The notes under the pieces are model-generated. The model ran no database searches and was not told the origin of the DNA. It saw only the letters and a program-made list of their open reading frames with translations. A DNA stretch of 50,710 bases from the IMG/VR virus record IMGVR_UViG_2974616520_000001, positions 113,328-164,037 of that record. One strand, given 5' to 3'. Below are positions 27,952 through 35,685 of this stretch, in pieces (the first letter of the stretch is position 1; each line of letters starts with the position of its first letter). The DNA is from a virus. Its lineage: Duplodnaviria > Heunggongvirae > Uroviricota > Caudoviricetes > Ackermannviridae. The position numbers were made by a program, and so were the translations under genes.

Positions 27952-29118
27952 TCAGAAGTTCGCGAGAATCTTATAGCGAACTGTCATGGCACCTGTGGCA
28001 GTGTTGGAACAGATCAGGTTGATATTACCGCTTGTGACAGTAGCAGCAAACGTCGCTGGCGCTGTTCCGCTGGTGTTCTTGATACGCTGAGTTGTAGAGA
28101 TCAGTGTTGTGTTGTTCATAAAGATCTCATAGAGGTCAGTCACCCCATCGGCTAGAGCAGTAGACACCAGGAGCTGGATACAGTTGGCCTTGGGAAGTGT
28201 AACCACAGTGCTGGTTGTGTTGTTCCCGTTGATAGAGACCTGACCGTCCTGAGCATAGCCTACTTTTCCAGCGATCGCTGTATCAAACACGGTTTGTTCA
28301 ACTTTGGTACTGACAGCACTATTGAGGCCAGCAATCGCAGTATTGTAAGACGACACTTCCACCTTGTTGCTCAGTGAGGCGTCCAGCTGAGACATCTTGG
28401 TGTTGTAGTTTGAGGTCAGTACGCGGTTGCCGAGTGCCGAGTTAGTTGCTGCCAGGTCTGCGTTGTAGGACGAGATCAAGACACGGTTGCTGACAGCAGT
28501 ATCCAGCTGGGACATCTTGGTATCATAGACCGACTTGTCCAGCTTACCCTGGAACGCATCCGTGGCTGTAATACCGGCGATGAAATCGTCATATGACAGC
28601 TTGTAGTTACCGGTTGAGGTCGCAACTGGAACAAACGCTGGAACAGTGTTACCGGGCGCGGGATCAAGTGTGGTGAAGTCCACGGTCAGGGCCAGGTAGC
28701 CGGTTGACAGCGCCCGGATAGTCAGCCCTTTACCAGCGGAGTCATCTACAGACAGACCATGATCACGCAACATTGCCAGGTTCACAGCATCTGTGGCTTC
28801 CTTGGCTTTGTCTGTGATCGAGATCACCTGATCCTTCGGTACTGTCAGACCTTTGTTGAAGGCGGTGACAGCAGCAAATGTCTTCTTCCCGTTGACAGTC
28901 TGGTCGCCTTCATCAATTCGAAGAACCTTGTTGTCTTGGAAGGACTGAAGTGACTCCAGCTTCTTGTATGCTTCGCTCATCAGGCGTGAAGAAGCCGGTG
29001 TCTCCGTATCGCCTCGGGCCGCATCATCAACGATGTCGGCTTTGTTTACCTTGTTGTCCACTTCACCCAGCTTCTGGTCAATTTCCTGGCCGGTGTAGTT
29101 ACTCAAATAATCTGCCAT
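27952..29118 (-). CDS. Putative baseplate-associated fibre-like protein with 20-aa repeats
   Basis: MADYLSNYTGQEIDQKL N-terminus; position between the baseplate gene and TSP4-like gene as in ViI-like phages; internal repeats. Confidence 0.75.
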   Translation of the reverse strand: MADYLSNYTGQEIDQKLGEVDNKVNKADIVDDAARGDTETPASSRLMSEAYKKLESLQSFQDNKVLRIDEGDQTVNGKKTFAAVTAFNKGLTVPKDQVISITDKAKEATDAVNLAMLRDHGLSVDDSAGKGLTIRALSTGYLALTVDFTTLDPAPGNTVPAFVPVATSTGNYKLSYDDFIAGITATDAFQGKLDKSVYDTKMSQLDTAVSNRVLISSYNADLAATNSALGNRVLTSNYNTKMSQLDASLSNKVEVSSYNTAIAGLNSAVSTKVEQTVFDTAIAGKVGYAQDGQVSINGNNTTSTVVTLPKANCIQLLVSTALADGVTDLYEIFMNNTTLISTTQRIKNTSGTAPATFAATVTSGNINLICSNTATGAMTVRYKILANF

Positions 29119-29122
29119 GATC

Positions 29123-29974
29123 TTATCCTCTTGAACTTTCTAAGAATACGGTAAACCCAGCCGGGTGGAAGTGTTCACGGAATACTTTGTTGAATACGCC
29201 TTCAAACTGGCTGACGTCGCCGGGTACTGTGATCACATACGAGTACTCGTCGTAATAGTAGTCGTCACGCATACCAACAGTTCCATCCAGGTCGAAGTTA
29301 TCGTCCAGGCCACCGATTTCTTCCTTTGGATATTTAACCTGAATTGGGCAACCAAAATAGATCCAGAAGAACAACTCGATCGCTTTCTTAGAGCCACGGA
29401 TACGATAGATGTGCTTCAGCAGCTTCAGCCAGCGAACATGGTCCAGGGTACGACGCTTGGTGTCAGCCACGTACACAGAGAAGTTGTCACCGTTGGAGGT
29501 AATGAACCGCTCACCATTTTTATCCGCAAACCGGGCGAAGTTCTGGAACGCCTTGTCAGCAGTACGCTGGAAGCCAAAGCTGTCATACCAGTTATCAATC
29601 TGTGTATCGTGATCGACTTCGCCAAACAACGGTCGACCATCAACATCAAGGAGCTCTGCATCAAGGCTGAATGCCTTCTCAAAGCCGCGCACCAGGTAAT
29701 GATCCTCCAGGTGATTCTTGATCTGGCGACCCGGCGCTTTCTGTGATTTGATGGCAATCAGTTGCTCAAGGGGTGAATCTGTTGTGAACGGATCCAACCA
29801 GTCTGACGAGTTCTTGATGTAGTCTTCGATCTCTGCGGCGGTGAAGCCTTGCTGGTTGTACAGCCAGTTATAGAAGACGTCCATGAACTCGATGAACTTG
29901 GGGTACTCCTCAAGGAAGTACAACGGCACGTCATAGCGCGTACCGTTGGAGCCGTCATTAAGCGCGATTGACAT
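29123..29974 (-). CDS. Baseplate wedge protein (gp7-like, short)
   Basis: PLYFLEEYPKFIEFMDVFYNWL, LLKHIYRIRGSKKAIELFFWIYFG and HPAGF are T4-like baseplate motifs; follows gp6. Confidence 0.75.
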   Translation of the reverse strand: MSIALNDGSNGTRYDVPLYFLEEYPKFIEFMDVFYNWLYNQQGFTAAEIEDYIKNSSDWLDPFTTDSPLEQLIAIKSQKAPGRQIKNHLEDHYLVRGFEKAFSLDAELLDVDGRPLFGEVDHDTQIDNWYDSFGFQRTADKAFQNFARFADKNGERFITSNGDNFSVYVADTKRRTLDHVRWLKLLKHIYRIRGSKKAIELFFWIYFGCPIQVKYPKEEIGGLDDNFDLDGTVGMRDDYYYDEYSYVITVPGDVSQFEGVFNKVFREHFHPAGFTVFLESSRG

Positions 29975-31733
29975 ATCTCACCTCTGTGTCAACGTTGATG
30001 TCACCGATACGCAGGATCTGGTTGTTGACAGAAGTGAAGTTCTGGTCATCACCTGCTGGAGACACAGTAACACGGATGCCGCCAGTATCAAACTTGGAGA
30101 CCATGAAGGAGCTGATGTCCACCAGACCTTTGGTGTAGTCAACGTCCCCAATCGGGCCTACCGCGAATTCCTTGCCGTCTGCGTTGATCTTGTAGAGGTT
30201 AAGCACGCCTGCTGCATCCCGCATTGCATAAGTGTAATCCACCTCAGCTGGCACAGGCTTGAACCCCTTGACGCTCACAGACCCCTCTTTGATAGAGCGA
30301 CCGAACCCGATAGAGAACGCCTCGGACACACCAGGAGTGGGTGAGAAGTTCTTCCGGAAGCTGACTGTGGTGATGTTCGAGTTGATAGAGCGCTCAAACT
30401 TGGTGATGTCATCTGCCAAAGTCTGCCTATCAAAGATCCCACTGAAGCCCTGAAGAGCAGACATACCCCAGCTGACGATCTTGTCTTTCACCAATGCCTT
30501 CAGCTGGTCCACTGTGTAGGCGGTAGCCGTAGGATCCCAGAACAGAAGCGTGTTGACATTGATATAGTAGATCTCTGCGTCAACAATCTTCGGTGTGATG
30601 GAGCCGACGTTGTATTTGTCCAGCTGGGCCTCCATATCAGCCTTCTCTTCCGCTGTGAAGGTCTCACCAACAGAAGGTATGGCAGCAATGTAGACGTAGC
30701 CGCTTGATGGCGTCTCCAGCGTCTCGCCACCATAGGCCCGCGCCTGAGCAACGTTGGAGAACAGCTTCTTCAGCAGAACGCCATAGTCGCCTTCAGCAAT
30801 CGCCGAACCATCAGCCTGGAACGCCAGTGGAGCCATACGCTGCATGTTCTCAATTGACTCCGGCTCGCTCCCGCCTACTGAACGCGCATTGTCGGGTAGG
30901 GTGATATCAATACGGCTGAAGCCACCGATACTTGAAGCAGCCGACAGTGAAGTGATGTCATTGCCATCAACACCATCGGTTGCCAGGTACTGAACAAAGA
31001 TCTCATTCAGGTCTTCAAGGCGGCGTGAGATATAGCCGTCACCGAATTCAATGTTGTATCGTCCGTTGATACCCAGGTCAATAAAGAACAGGTTTGAATA
31101 CTGATCCAGCTGATAAGGCGTCTGGTAACGGGAGAATGTGGTGAAAGTATCAACAGTACTGTCGGCCTGGACCTGGACCCGGATATAGTCGATGTCCACA
31201 TCTTCAGACGGGATCGGGTAGGAAGAGATGGCAGAACCTTCAACCGTGTAGGTCTTGTACATCCAGGTGCCCTGAATGAACTTGACATTCTTGAAGAGGT
31301 ACTTTCCATCAACCAGGGACGTCTGGATAGACTCGCTCACTGTGAACGGATAGGTCTTGCCGTCCTTTGCCCCCACGAACATCGCCTTGCTGTCCATGAC
31401 CAGAGTATCCGGCGCTGTGGCAACGTCAAATGGCGTAACAACCACGTCTCCATACATGTATGCAGCGCGGTGGTTGTACGGGGTATATGATAGCATCTGA
31501 GCTGCCAGAGCTGCATTGGAGCGCTGCTGAGCAGTCAATAGGTGGCTCTCACCAGACAGCATGTTAGCCAGGAAAGCCAGGTTGTTGGAGTCCATGGCCA
31601 AGAGGCGCAGGATAGCAGCAAGGCCGCCGCCCTCAAAGTTGTAGTCACTGAATGTTTCATCAGCTGCCATGCGCTTCTGTAGAATATACTGAGTCGCCTG
31701 GACGTCAAAATTAGTGATCGATTGCTTGGCCAT
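29958..31733 (-). CDS. gp6: Baseplate wedge subunit
   Basis: FSDYNFEGGGL..ILRLLA, AQQRS...YTP, FGDG, GGSEPESIE..APLAFQA..DY are gp6 motifs. Confidence 0.92.
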   Translation of the reverse strand: MAKQSITNFDVQATQYILQKRMAADETFSDYNFEGGGLAAILRLLAMDSNNLAFLANMLSGESHLLTAQQRSNAALAAQMLSYTPYNHRAAYMYGDVVVTPFDVATAPDTLVMDSKAMFVGAKDGKTYPFTVSESIQTSLVDGKYLFKNVKFIQGTWMYKTYTVEGSAISSYPIPSEDVDIDYIRVQVQADSTVDTFTTFSRYQTPYQLDQYSNLFFIDLGINGRYNIEFGDGYISRRLEDLNEIFVQYLATDGVDGNDITSLSAASSIGGFSRIDITLPDNARSVGGSEPESIENMQRMAPLAFQADGSAIAEGDYGVLLKKLFSNVAQARAYGGETLETPSSGYVYIAAIPSVGETFTAEEKADMEAQLDKYNVGSITPKIVDAEIYYINVNTLLFWDPTATAYTVDQLKALVKDKIVSWGMSALQGFSGIFDRQTLADDITKFERSINSNITTVSFRKNFSPTPGVSEAFSIGFGRSIKEGSVSVKGFKPVPAEVDYTYAMRDAAGVLNLYKINADGKEFAVGPIGDVDYTKGLVDISSFMVSKFDTGGIRVTVSPAGDDQNFTSVNNQILRIGDINVDTEVRYVNRA

Positions 31734-32095
31734 GTGAGTTTAACTCCAGCACAGGGAATGTATATGTGTTGAAGTTATTTAGGCAGGTGTGTTCTGAGGA
31801 TCTTGCTCTCGCGCGGTTTATTAATACTATAGGCGGCAGAGCCGCCGTTCTTAATAAAGTCTTATTTAATTCTTATCACTCGCTACGCTCGGATAACTAC
31901 ACTAACGCGTCATTTCTCACTTCGTTCGAAATAACTTGTTACGCAGAGCGCCAGTGTACCCATTTCTCGAGGTGTTGAAAAGCGTTATTTTTCCTCAACT
32001 TAAATTCAATTTCATCTTGCTCATATTCCATCGGCGATATTACAGTTATTAAACATTTTAATGCCTCATTAATCAAACTTATAATCCTGGAGTAA

Positions 32096-32119
32096 TTCAA
32101 TAACTGTAACGAGTATAAT
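32096..32119 (+). promoter_or_regulatory. TTCAAT-N12-TATAAT promoter
   Basis: TTCAATAACTGTAACGAGTATAAT. Confidence 0.7.
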
Positions 32120-32150
32120 AGCTCCTAAATTGATACCACAGGGCTATATC

Positions 32151-32738
32151 ATGAAGCAACGAATCAGTACTATCATCAACGATAACCTCACTCCCATTTT
32201 ACTTCATTACGCGGGCCAGGTGTGGACGCCAGAGTTTGCCCGCGCCGTCCAGCGTGACATCTATGAGAAGACGGGCAAATATGTCGGTTTTCGTTCTGTC
32301 AATATTCAGGCATTGAAATATGCTCAGGGTGATATCAATCACCTGCCGACCTTCTCTTTCAACATTGTACCGCTGGCCTCACTGGTTGACGAATACAATC
32401 TGTCATCGGATGCCCGCCGCGCCCGGTTTGCTAACATCTATAACCCCAGGCCGCTGCTTGATGACAAAGTGTTGTTGATGAACCGCTTCCAGATCGCTTT
32501 ACCGAGCATCCGCTCTAAAAAGCAGTTTGATGTTCAGGTTATCATCGACTCACGTGGCAAGACCTGGCCTGTAGCCGTTATCGGCTATTACGGTTCCAAC
32601 ATGAACAGCTGGGCCAAGCGTGTGGGCTTACAGCAGACCTTCGGGCCTCACAAGCACCCGTCAACACATTATATGAGTTCGTCCATGGGCGCTCCATATG
32701 TTCACTTCCTGGTGTCAATCGCGGAGAAGTTTGTATGA
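32151..32738 (+). CDS. Hypothetical protein
   Basis: Track ORF 32130..32738; likely ATG at 32151 behind the TTCAAT promoter at 32096. Confidence 0.75.
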   Translation: MKQRISTIINDNLTPILLHYAGQVWTPEFARAVQRDIYEKTGKYVGFRSVNIQALKYAQGDINHLPTFSFNIVPLASLVDEYNLSSDARRARFANIYNPRPLLDDKVLLMNRFQIALPSIRSKKQFDVQVIIDSRGKTWPVAVIGYYGSNMNSWAKRVGLQQTFGPHKHPSTHYMSSSMGAPYVHFLVSIAEKFV

Positions 32739-33460
32739 TCACTAATCAAGAACTGGCCGGGTTTATCAAAGAAATGATTGATGCAGCACGCCCAGTAAGC
32801 AACACGCTGTACAACGTTATTCAGCAAAGCAGGCTGGCAATGCCTCATTCCGAACAAGAGGTTCATCGTGGCCGTATTCGTAACCTGGACACATTTTGCA
32901 ATTCAGGCAGGATTTTGGTAGACAGCGTCAATGCGATGTCTAAAATCACCAAGCCTGTCACAGCCCCGGCCCCGGTAGAACAACACCCTGATGATGAGGC
33001 TATTGATGCATTTGCCGCAGCCATGAAGGCGAAGATGGCCCGGTCACGCGATAAGGGCCGCTCTGGTTGGGAAGACAGAGGTATGGTCACCGATGAGCAG
33101 TTGGCAGAAATGCTGATCGAGCATCTGGGTAAGACCAATGCCGGTAACTTTGAAGATGTTGCAATCTTCTGTATGATGCTCCATCATCGCAAAGCACCGA
33201 CTGACATCATCATGAGCACCCAGAATCCCGAGCTGACAACCGAGCTCATGAACGAAGCGCTGAAGAAACACTACCTGGTATTCGATAAACCTTCTCAGAT
33301 GTCAGATAGTTTCCGGGCCGGTGCCCGCTGGGCTGTATCAAATGCACGTGAGTGTGAGCACAACTTCAAAACAACAGAAGTTCGCTTCCTGACTTCTGTT
33401 AAAACCTGCACCAAATGTGGTGAAAAGACCGGTGAGCCAATCTCACCCCTGGAGGATTAA
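32735..33460 (+). CDS. Hypothetical protein with a central all-alpha (MazG-like) module common in phages
   Basis: HPDDEAIDAFAAAMKAKMARSR.KGRSGW...LAEMLIEHL.K...DVAIFCMMLHHR recalls a widespread phage helical domain; C-terminal C..H...CxxC zinc motif. Confidence 0.6.
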   Translation: MITNQELAGFIKEMIDAARPVSNTLYNVIQQSRLAMPHSEQEVHRGRIRNLDTFCNSGRILVDSVNAMSKITKPVTAPAPVEQHPDDEAIDAFAAAMKAKMARSRDKGRSGWEDRGMVTDEQLAEMLIEHLGKTNAGNFEDVAIFCMMLHHRKAPTDIIMSTQNPELTTELMNEALKKHYLVFDKPSQMSDSFRAGARWAVSNARECEHNFKTTEVRFLTSVKTCTKCGEKTGEPISPLED

Positions 33461-33700
33461 ATGAAGTACGCAGATATCACTAAAGTTGTTGATTTACGCA
33501 ATCAGATGGAAGAGATGATCAAACAGCGTAATTTGATTGGAAAAGCTGCTGAAGACCGTTATTTGGGTGTGACCCTTCACGGCACGTATCAGGATCCTGA
33601 ATTCGTCAATGAAGTTCGTCCTGCTGTGGTCGCAGTACTGAACAAGCGAATCAAACTGATCCATGACCAGCTGCTGGAACTGGGCGTAACCCCGGATTAA
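33461..33700 (+). CDS. Hypothetical protein
   Basis: 79-aa ORF with GGAGG SD directly after the previous stop. Confidence 0.75.
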   Translation: MKYADITKVVDLRNQMEEMIKQRNLIGKAAEDRYLGVTLHGTYQDPEFVNEVRPAVVAVLNKRIKLIHDQLLELGVTPD

Positions 33701-33712
33701 TAAAGCGTTTTG

Positions 33713-33737
33713 TTCAATAAGCATTAACCAGTATATT
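33713..33737 (+). promoter_or_regulatory. TTCAAT-N13-TATATT promoter
   Basis: TTCAATAAGCATTAACCAGTATATT. Confidence 0.65.
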
Positions 33738-33811
33738 TGTTTCCAGGCAAGCGAGCCTGGCCCAACGAGAGAAGGGCTGTGAAATCGCAGAGTATCAAAG
33801 CGAGGTAGCGC

Positions 33812-33961
33812 ATGGTTCTGTTAATCATTGCCCTGCTGCTTATCCTCGTAACTGGCTCCTCATTTACCCTGATGAAAGCCAGTTGGTTCCTCCTCGTGGA
33901 ATCATTCAAAGCGAACGGAACATCTTCGGCTCGTGAGAGCGCAGTACACTGGGTACTGTAG
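33812..33961 (+). CDS. Putative 49-aa hydrophobic membrane peptide (not in the track)
   Basis: GAGGT SD 6-7 nt before ATG; MVLLIIALLLILVTGSSFTLMKASWFLLVESFKANGTSSARESAVHWVL*; downstream of the promoter at 33713. Confidence 0.45.
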   Translation: MVLLIIALLLILVTGSSFTLMKASWFLLVESFKANGTSSARESAVHWVL

Positions 33962-33988
33962 AAGACGAGGAACAGGGTGAATTGTAGC

Positions 33989-34013
33989 TTCAATAAAGAT
34001 TTTGCAGTATAGT
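33989..34013 (+). promoter_or_regulatory. TTCAAT-N13-TATAGT promoter for the ncRNA cluster
   Basis: TTCAATAAAGATTTTGCAGTATAGT. Confidence 0.7.
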
Positions 34014-34157
34014 TAAGTCTCAAGGGGAAAATAGCACAGTGGCGACTCTTAAGGAAGCCAGTATGCCCTAAGCCGGGGAATTGTGTGAATAGGTCAGCAT
34101 CAACCCACTGCCGTCATAAGGGGACGCCCTAGACCGTACGAGATACGAAACATCTCA

Positions 34158-34307
34158 TCTGAATGACCTGTAGCTCAGAAAGTTACCACTGACAAGTGTC
34201 CGCCTGTGGCCAAGGCACGAATCAGGAGAGGAACGAGAGCAACTCGATGGCGAGTCGACACCATCATTGAGAAGGTCGGGGGCTGGTAATCCCTCAGGTC
34301 ATTCAGA
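34158..34307 (+). ncRNA. tRNA-like structured RNA with an expanded D-loop and a 13-bp closing stem
   Basis: TCTGAATGACCTG (34158-70) pairs perfectly with CAGGTCATTCAGA (34295-307). Inside are TAGCTCAG..GAGC (D-stem), an AGGTC variable loop and a degenerate T-arm. Confidence 0.55.
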
Positions 34308-34308
34308 A

Positions 34309-34399
34309 CCCATAATCATGTACAGTTCCAGCGTATGCAATCAGATGAGTGGCCATAATCTGAATGTGACAATGGGCCAAGACTGTACATGATTATGGG
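34309..34399 (+). ncRNA. Structured RNA or inverted repeat with an 18-bp perfect closing stem
   Basis: CCCATAATCATGTACAGT (34309-26) / ACTGTACATGATTATGGG (34382-99); internal TCAGAT/ATCTGA hairpin. Confidence 0.55.
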
Positions 34400-34495
34400 G
34401 ACTGCCAGAACTACAGCCAACGGACTTTCACACCAGGACGCTGCCATGGATCTGGGTAAACTTTCCCCACCAGAAATGATTAAAGTAACGGTTTG

Positions 34496-34520
34496 TTCAA
34501 TAAGTAAAATGCAGTATAGT
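34496..34520 (+). promoter_or_regulatory. TTCAAT-N13-TATAGT promoter upstream of the tmRNA-like RNA
   Basis: TTCAATAAGTAAAATGCAGTATAGT, nearly identical to the 33989 box. Confidence 0.7.
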
Positions 34521-34526
34521 TAGTCA

Positions 34527-34836
34527 CATAGCGGCAACCTGAGTGAGCAGTTCACTCAAATGTTCAGTCAGGTTTTCGTTCTCGTCGTAGCGATTATGCG
34601 GGTTTTTAGAAACAGACCAAAAATATAATCGCAAATGATAATGAGTTCAAAGTAGCAGCCTAACGGCCAATGCGCTTTCTGGGTATGTGTCTGCCCCCAG
34701 TTACCAATCGACCGGAGTGTGTCCCCGACTCTGTATTAAAGAACGGGGAACATAACTGAATGTGTGCTCGAGAGGTTCGATTCCTCTTTGCCTCGGCAAG
34801 TCCAGATGGTGACGGAGAGCATCCAATCAGTTATGT
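34527..34836 (+). ncRNA. tmRNA-like RNA, circularly permuted, with a closed acceptor stem (YrlA-like tRNA-mimic module)
   Basis: Tag-like frame GCA AAT GAT AAT GAG TTC AAA GTA GCA GCC TAA (34631-63) after AAAAATATAATC. H-type pseudoknot at 34713-49. 10-bp helix 34750-59/34827-36 enclosing a T-arm AGAGG-TTCGATT-CCTCT, a TTGC-CTCG-GCAA hairpin and a D-arm TCC-AGATGGTGAC-GGA. The 5' end is estimated from the promoter at 34496. Confidence 0.7.
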
Positions 34837-35066
34837 CTGGCACACCGGGTATAACGATGACTTGTCACATTTTTGCAGATTTAGAACACAGGCAGTGTCC
34901 TGTAAATGAACTGAAGCCCTAAGAAGTGGATGTTCCAGAGCTTGGCATCTCTGTTATCGAAGCTGCTTTGGATTGAAGTGAGAAATACATCATAGACAAT
35001 TTAAACCTGCTTATGATCGGATTTTAAAGGCCACTTCAGTACACGTCATCCCCACGTTACGGGGAA

Positions 35067-35162
35067 CACAACTGAGAGGCTCCTGGTAAGAGTCGAAGGG
35101 TAAGGCGCATCGTGTAGATGGAAGCGGGTTCAACTCCTGCTATCAGTGGCCTCTCAGTTGTG
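35067..35162 (+). ncRNA. Minimal tRNA mimic inside a 14-bp closing stem
   Basis: CACAACTGAGAGGC/GCCTCTCAGTTGTG. Core has a CTGGTA/TATCAG acceptor-like stem, a D-like arm, a 4-bp/5-nt stunted anticodon arm and a T-arm GCGGG-TTCAACT-CCTGC. Confidence 0.6.
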
Positions 35163-35685
35163 GTGAAGTAGTAATTCAACAGCGGACATCGGGGTGTCGG
35201 AACGTTCACACCGCCTTCAGCTGCAGCCACAACAGTCGTGATCAAAGGAGAGCGCTCCAAAGCGTGAGAGCGTTGAAGTGCCGGTTACAGCTCCGGTGAG
35301 GCGGGAGAAGTATCCTGGGGATTAATACCAGGTGTTCGGAGACCCAACGAAAAGACTACACCACCATCACGACAACTCAACCTGGTCATTGCGACTATCA
35401 ATCGCTCACAGAGGTGACAGGGTTGTTACAAGCCTCGTTTGGTCCGAACGTCAGAGGACAAGTAGAGGGGAAATGAATCCCATTGTGGTCTTAGTACCCT
35501 CCGCGAACTGAGTTTGTATCTGGTTGTCATCGTCCTTTCATCGGTCTGATCAACTGATTTGGGATAAGCCAAAAGACCATGCGCGGGGTCGGCGTTGACA
35601 ACACAAATATGAATTTGTTCGGCAGGGAGTTAACTTCCTGGATGGGTGCTGACTGTGTCAACCCTGTCGAACATCTTAAACAAAT

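Noticed and set aside
33724-34023. 99-aa minus-strand ORF, and ORFs 35057..35260, 35646..35936, 35889..36164 in the RNA cluster
   Set aside because: They overlap plus-strand promoters, a tRNA and structured RNAs, and have no SD or protein motifs.
34397-34472. 76-nt stretch starting GGGGA and ending TCCCCACCA, tRNA-Ala/tmRNA-like ends
   Set aside because: Only 5 terminal base pairs, no D-arm, T-arm or anticodon arm, and it overlaps the 18-bp stem. It may be chance, though worth rechecking with RNA-seq.
34531-34794. Canonical one-piece tmRNA reading (GCGGCAA pairing with TTGCCTC)
   Set aside because: Mismatch at 2:71, no G3-U70, no CCA and no GAC-type D-loop after the 5' strand. The permuted fold is supported by a longer perfect helix.
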